From Formosa sp. Hel1_33_131 (lineage in GTDB: Bacteria > Bacteroidota > Bacteroidia > Flavobacteriales > Flavobacteriaceae): a stretch of 32,000 bases of DNA. A program made the position numbers and the translations under genes. Numbering within the stretch: the stretch's first letter is position 1; each line of letters starts with the position of its first letter. Location: NCBI RefSeq assembly GCF_001735745.1, contig NZ_CP017260.1:450001-482000 (forward strand). The letters are read 5' to 3'. A model generated the notes under the pieces. The model ran no database searches and was not told the origin of the DNA. It saw only the letters and a list, made by a program, of their open reading frames with translations. Shown here piece by piece: positions 1 to 11,357 of the stretch.

Positions 1-93
1 ATTGGAGTAGCTGCGAAAACAGGTAGATATGGAGGAACTTATGCTCATTCAGACATCGCTCGCTCTCGCACGAAATCGAAGATTCAACGAAGT
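1..93 (+). CDS. 3' fragment of a KilA-N-like domain protein (partial at window edge, possibly truncated)
   Basis: Frame +1 reads IGVAAKTGRYGGTYAHSDIARSRTKSKIQRS*. GRYGGTYAHxDIA resembles the conserved end of KilA-N domains. The tail after DIA does not continue the usual FEFAxW helix. Confidence 0.35.
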
Positions 94-132
94 TAATCTT
101 TCGTGTGGTTAGTACAAAAAACTCCGCTATCT

Positions 133-2145
<2,013 letters not shown>

Positions 2146-2232
2146 TTAATATTTAGCTCTACAAGATATAAAAATGAGCGGTATCTAAAAGGGAAATACG
2201 GAGAATTTATCAGCAATTTAGTCAACAAAAAT

Positions 2233-3081
2233 TCAACGCTTGGTAGCGCGCATCATTCTATTTTTAGCAAAAACATCCGCTTTTAATTGAACGTCTTCAA
2301 AATCATCTGAGGAACAAAGTGCTTTTGTTTCAGCTCCTAAATATTCGTTGATTTCAAAATAGAGCAAACCGTCTTTTTTAAGGTTTATTTTACTCAGCTC
2401 CACAATGGCTTTATAAAATACGAGTGGACTTTCATTTTCAACAAACAACGCCAAATGCGGCTCGTGTTCCAACACATTGGGTGCCATGTGTTCTTTTTCA
2501 CTCTCACGAACATAAGGCGGATTGGACACGATGACATCAAACGACAATTCAGTGTTTGTCCATTCCAAAACATTCGCTTCGATACAGTTCAACTGAACGT
2601 CATTTTGTTGCGCATTGTACTGTGCCATTTCCAAAGCAGCTGGGCTCACATCCAAGGCATACACTTCTGCATTGGGCAAGTGCTTAGCCAAACTCACCGC
2701 AATGCAGCCAGAACCAGTGCCTATATCTAAAATTTTAAGGGGGTTGTTGGGATCTGCACCTTTTAAAATCCAAGCCACCAATTCTTCAGTTTCAGGGCGT
2801 GGGATCAATACATTGACATCGACTTTAAATTCCAATCCAAAAAAGGAGGTGGTTCCTAAAATATACTGAATGGGCTCATAGGTTAACAAACGACTGATGA
2901 TAGTTTCAAAATATTCAAACGTTTCGGGAGTAATGAGGGTCTCGGATTTTAGGCTCACATCAATGCGTTTGAACCCTAAATGATGTTCGCAAACTCTGTG
3001 AAAAAATGCACCTATTTCATCTTTAGGGTAATAGCCTAAGAGTCCATTTTGAAAAAAATTATGAAGTGATTTTAATTGCAT
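2233..3081 (-). CDS. prmC: Peptide chain release factor N5-glutamine methyltransferase (PrmC/HemK)
   Basis: SAM-binding DIGTGSGCIA and catalytic NPPY (VSNPPYV). I prefer the internal ATG (MQLKSLHNFF) at 3081, which overlaps the upstream gene's stop as TAATG. The track start at 3111 is an alternative. Confidence 0.9.
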   Translation of the reverse strand: MQLKSLHNFFQNGLLGYYPKDEIGAFFHRVCEHHLGFKRIDVSLKSETLITPETFEYFETIISRLLTYEPIQYILGTTSFFGLEFKVDVNVLIPRPETEELVAWILKGADPNNPLKILDIGTGSGCIAVSLAKHLPNAEVYALDVSPAALEMAQYNAQQNDVQLNCIEANVLEWTNTELSFDVIVSNPPYVRESEKEHMAPNVLEHEPHLALFVENESPLVFYKAIVELSKINLKKDGLLYFEINEYLGAETKALCSSDDFEDVQLKADVFAKNRMMRATKR

Positions 3082-3557
3082 TATAAGGTTTTTATCATTC
3101 GAACACCGCAAGAGCTGTGGCCGGTATTTCCCATTGAAGTCTCTAAGTATTCAAATCCGTATTGTTTATATAATTTCTGAGCTGTTTTAAGTTCCGAGAG
3201 CGTTTCTAAATAGCACTGCTTGTACCCCATCGATTTGGCAGCATCCAAACAAATTTCTAAAAGTTGTTTGCTGTATCCTTTCCCTCGTATTTCGTGAGAA
3301 AGATACATTTTTTGAAGTTCACAAATGGATGCATCTTTAGGGTCTAAGACTTTAATCCCAGAACCGCCCTTCACTTCGCCTTCATCCACCACCACAAAAT
3401 AAACGGCCTTTTCTTCTTGATAGGATTCAAACATTTGCGTGGTTTCAACATCTTCGTAAACAGTCCCTGTCAAAGGGAGTTGAAGCTCTCTAAATATGGA
3501 TTTAATGATGGATTCGATTTGTGAATTATCGTTAAATTGAATTTCTCTAATACGCAT
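3081..3557 (-). CDS. GNAT family N-acetyltransferase
   Basis: 158 aa. Acetyl-CoA motif-A-like IRGKGYSKQLLE and typical GNAT length and topology. Confidence 0.8.
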   Translation of the reverse strand: MRIREIQFNDNSQIESIIKSIFRELQLPLTGTVYEDVETTQMFESYQEEKAVYFVVVDEGEVKGGSGIKVLDPKDASICELQKMYLSHEIRGKGYSKQLLEICLDAAKSMGYKQCYLETLSELKTAQKLYKQYGFEYLETSMGNTGHSSCGVRMIKTL

Positions 3558-3624
3558 GTTATGGATACCGATTAATAAATCTTATTTTTGTTGTTCGAAG
3601 ATACATATAATACCCAAAAAAATA

Positions 3625-4086
3625 ATGAAAAAATTTACGATCCTCGCCTTAATCGTTTTGACAACGAGTTGCGCCATCAAGCAGAAACCTGTATTTATCA
3701 AAATAGACGGGATTCAACTTGTGGACGCTAATTCCAAAACACTGACCTTGAGAGCGGATGCCCTTTTTAACAATCCAAACGATGTTGGCGGCCGACTGAA
3801 TACCGAAGGTGTCACTGTGTTTGTAAATGATATTTTAATGGGAGTCGTTCGTGCAGAGGAATTTAAAGTCCCTACAAAAGATGATTTTAGGGTGCCACTT
3901 CAAATGGAAGTCAACACAAAAGACCTTTTAAACAAGGATCCAAATGGGTTGTTAGGTGGGCTTCTAAACAGTGTTTTGAATCGCACTTTAAAAGTTAAAT
4001 ATGAAGGAGTTATTCAATTTAAAGCCTTAGGTTTTACGTACACATATCCTATTAATAAAACAGAAACTATTAAAATTAAATTATAA
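3625..4086 (+). CDS. Lipoprotein, LEA type-2 / WHy-like domain
   Basis: Internal ATG gives MKKFTILALIVLTTSC with a lipobox Cys. The remainder resembles bacterial LEA_2 lipoproteins. The track start at 3556 is probably too long. Confidence 0.55.
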   Translation: MKKFTILALIVLTTSCAIKQKPVFIKIDGIQLVDANSKTLTLRADALFNNPNDVGGRLNTEGVTVFVNDILMGVVRAEEFKVPTKDDFRVPLQMEVNTKDLLNKDPNGLLGGLLNSVLNRTLKVKYEGVIQFKALGFTYTYPINKTETIKIKL

Positions 4087-4136
4087 TCACCCACGAACAT
4101 TACATAGCACGTTGCATTGAAATTGCCAAAAAAGGC

Positions 4137-5087
4137 TTGGGCTCTACAGCTCCCAATCCGATGGTGGGCTGTGTGATTGTGGTGGATGACCAGATTATAA
4201 CAGAAGGCTATACAGGACCTTACGGAAGTTCGCATGCAGAAGTGAATGCCATAAACGCTGTCAAAGATCCAAGCGTACTCTCAAAAGCGACCCTCTATGT
4301 CACCTTAGAACCTTGTGCGCATTATGGAAAAACACCGCCTTGTAGCGATTTGATTATTGCCCATAAAATCCCCAAAGTGGTGATTGGATGTTTAGATGAA
4401 CACGAAAAAGTGTGTGGCAAAGGCATCGCAAAACTGAAGGCCGCTGGATGTGACGTTCTTGTAGGCGTTTTGGAACAAGAATGTAAAACACATCACAAAC
4501 GTTTTTTTACCTTCCATACTAAAAAGCGTCCTTATATTATATTGAAATGGGCCGAAAGCAAAGACGGCTTTATCGCTCCCCTATCAAAATCTGAAACAAA
4601 ACCTGTTTGGATTAGCAATACTTACTCCAGGCAACTGGTGCATCAATGGCGTGCAGAGGAACAAGCGATTTTGGTTGGTGCAAATACAGTGGTTCAAGAC
4701 AACCCGAGTTTGACCACCCGAGAGGTCGAAGGTTCCAACCCAATCCGAGTTGTCATCGACCTAAAAAATTCTTTAGCAGATTCCTATCAGGTGTTTAATT
4801 CTGAAGCAAAAACCATTCGGTTGACTTCTCATGAAATTAATATACAAAACCCACTGGCATCTGAAGTTTGCAAGGCTTTACATGCAGAGCATATAACTTC
4901 CGTAATTATTGAAGGGGGACAAAAAACATTGCAAGCATTTATTGATGAAAATCTTTGGGATGAAGCACGTGTTTTTTCAAGTGAGCTCAATTTAAATGAC
5001 GGAATTTCAAAACCTCAAATTAAAGGTTCATTAGTTTCTGAAACACAGCTTACTTCTGATTGCTTAAAAATTCTTGTGAATGATTAA
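4137..5087 (+). CDS. ribD: Bifunctional riboflavin biosynthesis deaminase/reductase RibD (true start probably upstream, see findings)
   Basis: CDA zinc motifs HAEVNAI and PCAHYGKTPPC, plus a C-terminal RibD_C reductase domain. Homology (HEHYIARCIEIAKKGLG) continues upstream of the TTG at 4137 to about 4089. Confidence 0.9.
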   Translation: MGSTAPNPMVGCVIVVDDQIITEGYTGPYGSSHAEVNAINAVKDPSVLSKATLYVTLEPCAHYGKTPPCSDLIIAHKIPKVVIGCLDEHEKVCGKGIAKLKAAGCDVLVGVLEQECKTHHKRFFTFHTKKRPYIILKWAESKDGFIAPLSKSETKPVWISNTYSRQLVHQWRAEEQAILVGANTVVQDNPSLTTREVEGSNPIRVVIDLKNSLADSYQVFNSEAKTIRLTSHEINIQNPLASEVCKALHAEHITSVIIEGGQKTLQAFIDENLWDEARVFSSELNLNDGISKPQIKGSLVSETQLTSDCLKILVND

Positions 5088-5697
5088 CACACTTATATTT
5101 GATTTTGGGGATGTGTTTATCAACTTAGACAAGCCTGCCATTGAACGTTCGTTGTTCAATCTTGGAGTGACTTCTATTACAGAGGACATGCTTCAGACGG
5201 CAATGCAGTATGAAAAAGGGGGGATATCTACTGACGACTTTGTAACTGCATTCACGGCGAAATATCCATCCATTTCTGCGGCACAATTTAAAAAAGCTTG
5301 GAATTCAATTATTTTAGAGTTTCCAGAATACCGTTTAGAGTTTATAGAAAAACTCTCTACATATAAAAACTACAAACTTATTTTACTCAGCAACACCAAT
5401 GCACTTCATATCGAACAAGTCATAGAAAACATGTCTTTATATAGGTATGAACGTTTTAAAAGTTGTTTTGACAAATTTTACCTTTCACATGAAATACACT
5501 TCCGAAAGCCCGATGCATCCATTTATGAATATGTATTAAACGAGAATCAACTGGAAGCTGACCGTTGTTTCTTCGTAGATGACACCAAAGAAAATACACA
5601 AGCAGCAGCCCAACTCGGCATACATACTTGGAATAATAACCCTGAAAAAGAGGATATTATAAACCTTTTTGACAACCCTTTATTTACAAATTCATAA
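5080..5697 (+). CDS. HAD superfamily hydrolase (subfamily IA-like)
   Basis: Motif I IFDFGDVFI, motif II LLSNTN, motif IV FVDD. Overlaps the ribD end by 8 nt. Confidence 0.8.
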   Translation: MINTLIFDFGDVFINLDKPAIERSLFNLGVTSITEDMLQTAMQYEKGGISTDDFVTAFTAKYPSISAAQFKKAWNSIILEFPEYRLEFIEKLSTYKNYKLILLSNTNALHIEQVIENMSLYRYERFKSCFDKFYLSHEIHFRKPDASIYEYVLNENQLEADRCFFVDDTKENTQAAAQLGIHTWNNNPEKEDIINLFDNPLFTNS

Positions 5698-6308
5698 TGT
5701 CAGTGTTGACTTATAAAACAATTCTCAAACCTTCTGAAGAAGTTCTTTATAAAGACAAAGGGAGTAAGTTTTATGGGTACGCATTCCCCCTAAAGACAAT
5801 AGAAGAGTATAAAAAAATTATAGAAAAACTTAAACAAAAACATTCCAGTGCAGGTCATTTTTGTTTTGCGTACCAACACGGCATTGAAACCCTCTATCAC
5901 AGAGCTTCAGATGATGGAGAGCCCTCAAATAGTGCAGGCTTGCCAATTTATGGGCAATTGCAAGCGTTTGATGTTACCAATGTTCTTGTGGTGGTGGTCC
6001 GTTATTTTGGAGGGACAAAACTTGGCGTTGGGGGCTTGATCAGCGCTTACAAGACTACGGCGAAATTAAGTTTGGAGGCGAGCGACATAAAAACCTTGGA
6101 TATTTTAATCACCTTCAAACTAAGTTTTGAATACAAAGATTTGAGTCAAGTAATGCGGATTATTAAAAAACAGCAGCTCGTTATAAAGTCTCAGCGGCTT
6201 GAAATGGAATGTGAAGTGGTTGTTTTGGTCAAAAAAAGTGGTAAAAAAAGCCTTCAAACTACTTTTGAGGCCTTTCATAAAATTAAAGTTGAAATTTTAA
6301 ACGATTAA
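5697..6308 (+). CDS. YigZ / IMPACT family protein (UPF0029)
   Basis: 203 aa. DDGEPSNSAG and YFGGTKLGVGGL are hallmarks of the IMPACT N-domain. Start overlaps the upstream stop (TAATG). Confidence 0.8.
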   Translation: MSVLTYKTILKPSEEVLYKDKGSKFYGYAFPLKTIEEYKKIIEKLKQKHSSAGHFCFAYQHGIETLYHRASDDGEPSNSAGLPIYGQLQAFDVTNVLVVVVRYFGGTKLGVGGLISAYKTTAKLSLEASDIKTLDILITFKLSFEYKDLSQVMRIIKKQQLVIKSQRLEMECEVVVLVKKSGKKSLQTTFEAFHKIKVEILND

Positions 6309-6703
6309 ATTTGCAGTTTATCTAAAATATATTGGGGACAACGCATCGGGAAATTAGACTTCATGTTAACAAATACCAATTTGGTGTTGGCCGTTGTGAG
6401 TAATTCACCGCTAGAATTATGAATTTCGTAATTAAACTCAATAGAAGCCGTTGGTTGTTTCACAAGTGTCGTAGATATCGTCAAAACATCATCGTAAAAA
6501 GCTGGTTTTTTGTAGTTTAAACTCAAAGACACCACCGGTAACATCACGTCATTGGCCTCCATTTCTTTATAAGAAATCCCTAAAGCAGTCAACCACTCTA
6601 AACGTCCAATTTCCAGATACTGAGCGTAATTCCCATGGTACACAACCCCCATTTGATCAGTTTCTGCGTATCTCACCTTAATCTTTGTTTGATGTATATT
6701 CAT
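6305..6703 (-). CDS. Acyl-CoA thioesterase, 4HBT/YbgC family
   Basis: 132 aa hotdog-fold size. N-terminal RYAETDQMGVVYHGNY contains the catalytic Asp motif. Confidence 0.85.
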   Translation of the reverse strand: MNIHQTKIKVRYAETDQMGVVYHGNYAQYLEIGRLEWLTALGISYKEMEANDVMLPVVSLSLNYKKPAFYDDVLTISTTLVKQPTASIEFNYEIHNSSGELLTTANTKLVFVNMKSNFPMRCPQYILDKLQI

Positions 6704-6882
6704 ATATTAAAATTTGTATATTTATAAAAATTAAACATGAGGAAAAAATATTAAATAATCAATCAAATTTGATTTTTTTTTTTGGAATTTTGTTCACATA
6801 TTTGTACTGTAAAATAACGATAACCATTTCCCCCAAGATTATTCTTATTTTTGATCACTAACTAAAAAAATAAACTACTGAA

Positions 6883-8310
6883 ATGAATAACACTGCGCAA
6901 TCGGTCTGGGAAAACTGTCTAAACTTTATAAAAGACAACATTCAGCCGCAAGCCTACAAAACATGGTTTGAACCTATTGTAGCTGTAAAACTTGACGATC
7001 ATGCGCTCAGTATTCAAGTTCCTAGTAAATTTTTCTACGAATGGTTAGAAGAACACTACGTTAAAATTTTAAAAGTAGCCCTTACTAAAGAGCTCGGTAT
7101 AAATGCCAAATTGGTGTATATCATCAAAATGGAAAATACGTATGGTAATAAACAACCGTTTACGGAGAAAATTCCTAGTTCAAACCGTTCAGCAGTCTAT
7201 TCACAACGCGTTGATATTCCCTTAAAAAATATAAATCCTGAATTAAAAAATCCCTTTGTAATTCCTGGGATTAGAAACGTTAAAATTGAGTCTCAACTAA
7301 ATCCAACATATACTTTTGATAACTTTTTGGAAGGTGACTCAAACCGGTTGGCGCGAAATGCAAGTATTGCAGTGGCTAACAAGCCAGGAGGCACCTCTTT
7401 TAACCCCTTATTGATTTTTGGTGGGGTTGGCTTAGGAAAAACACATTTAGCGCATGCAATAGGGGTTGACATAAAAGATAAATATCCTGAAAAAACAGTG
7501 TTGTATATCTCCGCTGAAAAATTCACCCAACAATATATAGAGTCTGTCAAGAAGAACAATCGAAATGATTTTATTCACTTCTATCAAATTATAGATGTTT
7601 TAATTATTGATGATGTTCAATTCCTTTCTGGAAAATCAGGAACACAAGATGTATTCTTTCATATTTTTAACCATTTACATCAAAACGGGAAACAAGTTAT
7701 TTTAACAAGTGATAAGGCACCTGTGGACATGCAAGATATTGAGCAACGCTTATTATCTCGATTCAAATGGGGATTATCTGCAGAGCTTCAAAATCCTGAT
7801 TTTGAAACGCGTGTATCTATTGTAAAGAACAAACTATACAGAGATGGCGTTGAAATGCCAGAAGAAATTATTGAGTATTTAGCCAAGCACATCACTTCAA
7901 ATGTTCGTGAATTGGAAGGGGCTATCATTTCATTAATTGCACAATCTTCATTTAATAAAAAAGAAATCACACTTTCTTTAGCGAAAGAAATCGTTGAGAA
8001 ATTTGTAAAAAACACCAAGCGAGAAGTGTCTATCGACTACATTCAAAAAGTCGTTTCAGATTATTTCCAAATGGATGTGGACACCCTTCAATCCAAAACA
8101 CGAAAGCGTCATATTGTGCAAGCAAGACAATTGGCCATGTTTTTTGCGAAGAAATTCACCAAAGCTTCTTTAGCCAGTATTGGTTCTCAAATTGGGAAAC
8201 GTGATCACGCTACAGTTCTACACGCTTGTAAAACGGTTAATAACCTCTCTACTACAGATAAGCAGTTTAGAAAATATGTAGAAGACTTGACGAAGAAATT
8301 ATCCATATAA
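6883..8310 (+). CDS. dnaA: Chromosomal replication initiator DnaA
   Basis: 475 aa. Walker A GGVGLGKTHL, Walker B IIDDVQFL, sensor region and a C-terminal DNA-binding domain (KRDHATVLHA). Confidence 0.97.
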   Translation: MNNTAQSVWENCLNFIKDNIQPQAYKTWFEPIVAVKLDDHALSIQVPSKFFYEWLEEHYVKILKVALTKELGINAKLVYIIKMENTYGNKQPFTEKIPSSNRSAVYSQRVDIPLKNINPELKNPFVIPGIRNVKIESQLNPTYTFDNFLEGDSNRLARNASIAVANKPGGTSFNPLLIFGGVGLGKTHLAHAIGVDIKDKYPEKTVLYISAEKFTQQYIESVKKNNRNDFIHFYQIIDVLIIDDVQFLSGKSGTQDVFFHIFNHLHQNGKQVILTSDKAPVDMQDIEQRLLSRFKWGLSAELQNPDFETRVSIVKNKLYRDGVEMPEEIIEYLAKHITSNVRELEGAIISLIAQSSFNKKEITLSLAKEIVEKFVKNTKREVSIDYIQKVVSDYFQMDVDTLQSKTRKRHIVQARQLAMFFAKKFTKASLASIGSQIGKRDHATVLHACKTVNNLSTTDKQFRKYVEDLTKKLSI

Positions 8311-8389
8311 CCGCTGTTTTTGATTAAGAGTTCATACTCCAATTGTATGGCTTCTATCCACTTCAAAAACGACTAATATTTCTATAATA

Positions 8390-9097
8390 ATGACTGGTAA
8401 ATTATACTTAATTCCTACAGGTTTAGGCGACAACGCTCCTTTAGAAGTACTGCCTATTTCCATCAAAAAAGTCATTGAAAACATAGATACTTATATTGTT
8501 GAAAACGAAAAGGCAGCACGTAAGTTTATAAAAACGGTAAGCTCTGGAAAATCTCAAGCGAGCTTGAATTTGTTTAGTTTAAATAAGTTTACAGACCCTT
8601 TAGAAATCCCTTCTTTTTTAGAAGAATGCTTGGCAGGAAACAGCATTGGATTGCTTTCAGACGCAGGATGCCCTGGGGTTGCAGATCCTGGAGCAGAAGT
8701 GGTAAAAATAGCCCATAAACAGAACATTCAAGTCATTCCGTTGGTAGGACCATCTTCTATATTATTAGCGATGATGAGCTCTGGAATGAACGGTCAAAAC
8801 TTTGCATTTAATGGCTACTTACCTATTGACAAAGCGGAACGAAAATCTAAAATAAAACAACTCGAAAGACGCTCGTTTGAAGAACAGCAATCTCAGTTAT
8901 TCATAGAAACGCCTTATAGAAACAACAGTATTTTAGAAGATTTGAGTGCGACCCTTAGCCCAGACACCCGAATTTGTGTGGCTTGCGATTTGACACTACC
9001 ATCGGAATATATCAAAACGCAAACAGCCAAAGAATGGAAACATTCAAAAATAGATTTCCATAAACGCCCTGCTATTTTTATCATTCAAAAAGACTAA
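8390..9097 (+). CDS. SAM-dependent methyltransferase, tetrapyrrole-methylase fold (RsmI-like)
   Basis: 235 aa. SDAGCPGVADPG resembles the RsmI SDAGTPxISDPG motif. Confidence 0.7.
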   Translation: MTGKLYLIPTGLGDNAPLEVLPISIKKVIENIDTYIVENEKAARKFIKTVSSGKSQASLNLFSLNKFTDPLEIPSFLEECLAGNSIGLLSDAGCPGVADPGAEVVKIAHKQNIQVIPLVGPSSILLAMMSSGMNGQNFAFNGYLPIDKAERKSKIKQLERRSFEEQQSQLFIETPYRNNSILEDLSATLSPDTRICVACDLTLPSEYIKTQTAKEWKHSKIDFHKRPAIFIIQKD

Positions 9098-9744
9098 GGG
9101 AAATCAAATTTTGATTTTTTTTGAGCTGTAACAAAAGAGGTGTCATAACCGGAGAATTTACGCATATACGAAAGAATGTCAGTCCCATAGGCATCTGTAA
9201 AACCCAAGGCTCCGTAGCTTCTTAAATAGCGCTTTACATTTCCTGGTCCTGCTAAATGAGCGGCTGCTAAAATTCCTGATTCTGTAATGCGTATGCCATC
9301 AATTTTTTTACCAACAAAACGTTTGATATCTCGTCGTAAAACCCATTTGTTGCGTTTTGTATTTACTAAAAAAGCTTTCTCTTGAAGTGCGGGATTCTTT
9401 AAAAAAAATTCAGGATTGTAGATCCCGAGCAATTCTAAAGTCGTGATTCCAAATTGATATTTCCCTAAGTAGCCAAGCGTGTTTACAGCACCATACTTTC
9501 CCTGAGATTCCTTGAACGCAATGGCCTCTTTGAATGCGACATACGAATTCCCTAAAAACAGAATTTTTGAGTTGCGGTTTTTAATTTTTTGGGAGGATAT
9601 ATCTTGGTAAACAGTGTAATGTAACAACTCCGAAGTGACGGCATAGTCCTTATAATCAATTTTTGGTTGAGCTGAAAATAAAGTCAACAAGCAAATCGCC
9701 ATGAGCAGAGGCACTATAAAATAAAATGAATACTTTAAATTCAT
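9094..9744 (-). CDS. Secreted lysozyme-like / lytic transglycosylase-like protein
   Basis: N-terminal signal/anchor. FKESQGKYGAVN (E-S catalytic-type motif) and YLGKYQFG are typical of SLT/lysozyme-like folds. Lies next to mltG. Confidence 0.45.
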   Translation of the reverse strand: MNLKYSFYFIVPLLMAICLLTLFSAQPKIDYKDYAVTSELLHYTVYQDISSQKIKNRNSKILFLGNSYVAFKEAIAFKESQGKYGAVNTLGYLGKYQFGITTLELLGIYNPEFFLKNPALQEKAFLVNTKRNKWVLRRDIKRFVGKKIDGIRITESGILAAAHLAGPGNVKRYLRSYGALGFTDAYGTDILSYMRKFSGYDTSFVTAQKKSKFDFP

Positions 9745-9796
9745 ATCAATCTTGTTGATAACACTTGAGTAAAACTAAAAACAGCATAAATATACG

Positions 9797-10840
9797 TTAT
9801 TTCCGAACCCCTCGACGGTCCAAATATGAATGGTACATTCTAGCATTTTGATTGTGTCCTCTTAGCGTTTTCGCAAACCTGTGAAAGCCTGGGTTTTGGG
9901 CGTCTGCAGCAAAATAAAAATACGAATGTTGTTCGTAGTTTAATACCGCTTCAATCGCCGTCAAGTCTGGCATCGCAATCAAACCTGGAGGTAAGCCTTT
10001 ATTCTTGTAAGTGTTATATGGGGAGCTAATCAATTTATGTACATTCAAAACACGTTTGATAATGGTGTTTTTATACTTTGGCAATTGATAGGCCGCATAT
10101 TTGACTGTCGGATCTGCTTGTAAAGGCCAAGCATTGTTTAAACGATTGATATAAACCCCCGCGATTCGCGGCTGTTCGGAGGCTTGTTTGGACTCTTCAT
10201 GAACGATTGCTGCAAGTGCGATCACGTCATGGGGCGTCAAACCAATTGACTTTGCTTTTTCTAAACGGCTGGCATTCCAAAAACGGTTGTACTCTTTTAA
10301 CATGCGTTTTCTGAAGGTCGTTGCAGACGTATTCCAGAAAAATTCATAACTATTTGGCAAATACATTCCTAGGGCATTCGCCTCCGTAAAATCATGAGAT
10401 TCTAAAAACTCTTTATCTGTAAAGGCAGTAATCAAGGCGGTACTGTCGGCCTCTATCTGACTCGAAATTCGAGATGCTAAATCAGCCAATGTATGTTGGT
10501 TATTGAAAGCTATTTTTATTGGCAAATTACGACTGCGAATGGAGTTAATGATATCATTATTGGTCATCCCTTTGGTAATCAAGAATCGCCCCGCTTTGAT
10601 ATTATTCACATATTTCTTTTGCTTTGCTAATGTTTCAAACGTTTCAATATCTTTTAGAAGCGGCTCTAAATCGGCACGAACCTCAGCGAAGGTCGCATCC
10701 GACCCCACAAAAATATAGGCTTCTTTGGAATTAAAACTCGTATTGGGAACGAGCATCACCGAATAAATATAGTAGGAAAAAATTCCGGCACCAATCAATC
10801 CAAGTAACACAATGGCAATCGCTATTTTTTTAAAGTACAT
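9797..10840 (-). CDS. mltG: Endolytic murein transglycosylase MltG (YceG family)
   Basis: 347 aa. N-terminal TM helix and YceG-like core with AAIVHEES (catalytic Glu region) and PPGLIAMPD. Confidence 0.9.
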   Translation of the reverse strand: MYFKKIAIAIVLLGLIGAGIFSYYIYSVMLVPNTSFNSKEAYIFVGSDATFAEVRADLEPLLKDIETFETLAKQKKYVNNIKAGRFLITKGMTNNDIINSIRSRNLPIKIAFNNQHTLADLASRISSQIEADSTALITAFTDKEFLESHDFTEANALGMYLPNSYEFFWNTSATTFRKRMLKEYNRFWNASRLEKAKSIGLTPHDVIALAAIVHEESKQASEQPRIAGVYINRLNNAWPLQADPTVKYAAYQLPKYKNTIIKRVLNVHKLISSPYNTYKNKGLPPGLIAMPDLTAIEAVLNYEQHSYFYFAADAQNPGFHRFAKTLRGHNQNARMYHSYLDRRGVRK

Positions 10841-11357
10841 GATTTATAAATTGAAATAAATATTCGTTTTTATAGCGTCCTTTGTAGAATCGCCACTTTT
10901 TCTTAAGCCCAACTTTTTCAAACCCAACAGATTCAAATAAGCGAATACTCACATTATTATCTTCTAACACATTGCTATACAATTGATGGAGACCTAGTTT
11001 ATTAAAACTATAATCCATCAACACAGATAAGGCGTCTCTCCCATACCCTTTCCCACGATATTTATCTAATACTACAATGCTGACTCCCGCATGTTTGTTT
11101 TGTAGATCAAAATCAAAAAGATCAATAAAACCAAGTGGATCATTGGTTTTAGAAGTAATTACCAACCGCAATTGTTTGAGTTCTTTAATATTTTTTTGAG
11201 TGGTTTCTAAATATTTTCGCAGCACATCCTTAGAAAAAGGAGTTTCAATTTGACTTAACTCCCACAAAGATTCGTCGTTTTCTATGGTATATAAAAACGC
11301 TAAATCTTCGAGCACTAAGGCTCTAAGATTGATCTGATTTCCTTTTAATGCTACCAT
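10830..11357 (-). CDS. GNAT family N-acetyltransferase (RimJ/RimL-like)
   Basis: 175 aa. YRGKGYGRDALSVLMDYSF matches the acetyl-CoA-binding motif. Confidence 0.8.
   Translation of the reverse strand: MVALKGNQINLRALVLEDLAFLYTIENDESLWELSQIETPFSKDVLRKYLETTQKNIKELKQLRLVITSKTNDPLGFIDLFDFDLQNKHAGVSIVVLDKYRGKGYGRDALSVLMDYSFNKLGLHQLYSNVLEDNNVSIRLFESVGFEKVGLKKKWRFYKGRYKNEYLFQFINHVL

Noticed and set aside
6704-6882. oriC next to dnaA (also the 8311-8389 spacer).
   Set aside because: Only degenerate DnaA-box-like 9-mers are present: TTGTTCACA upstream, TTATCCATA and CTATCCACT downstream. There is no cluster of consensus TTATCCACA boxes, so I cannot support an origin call from this sequence.
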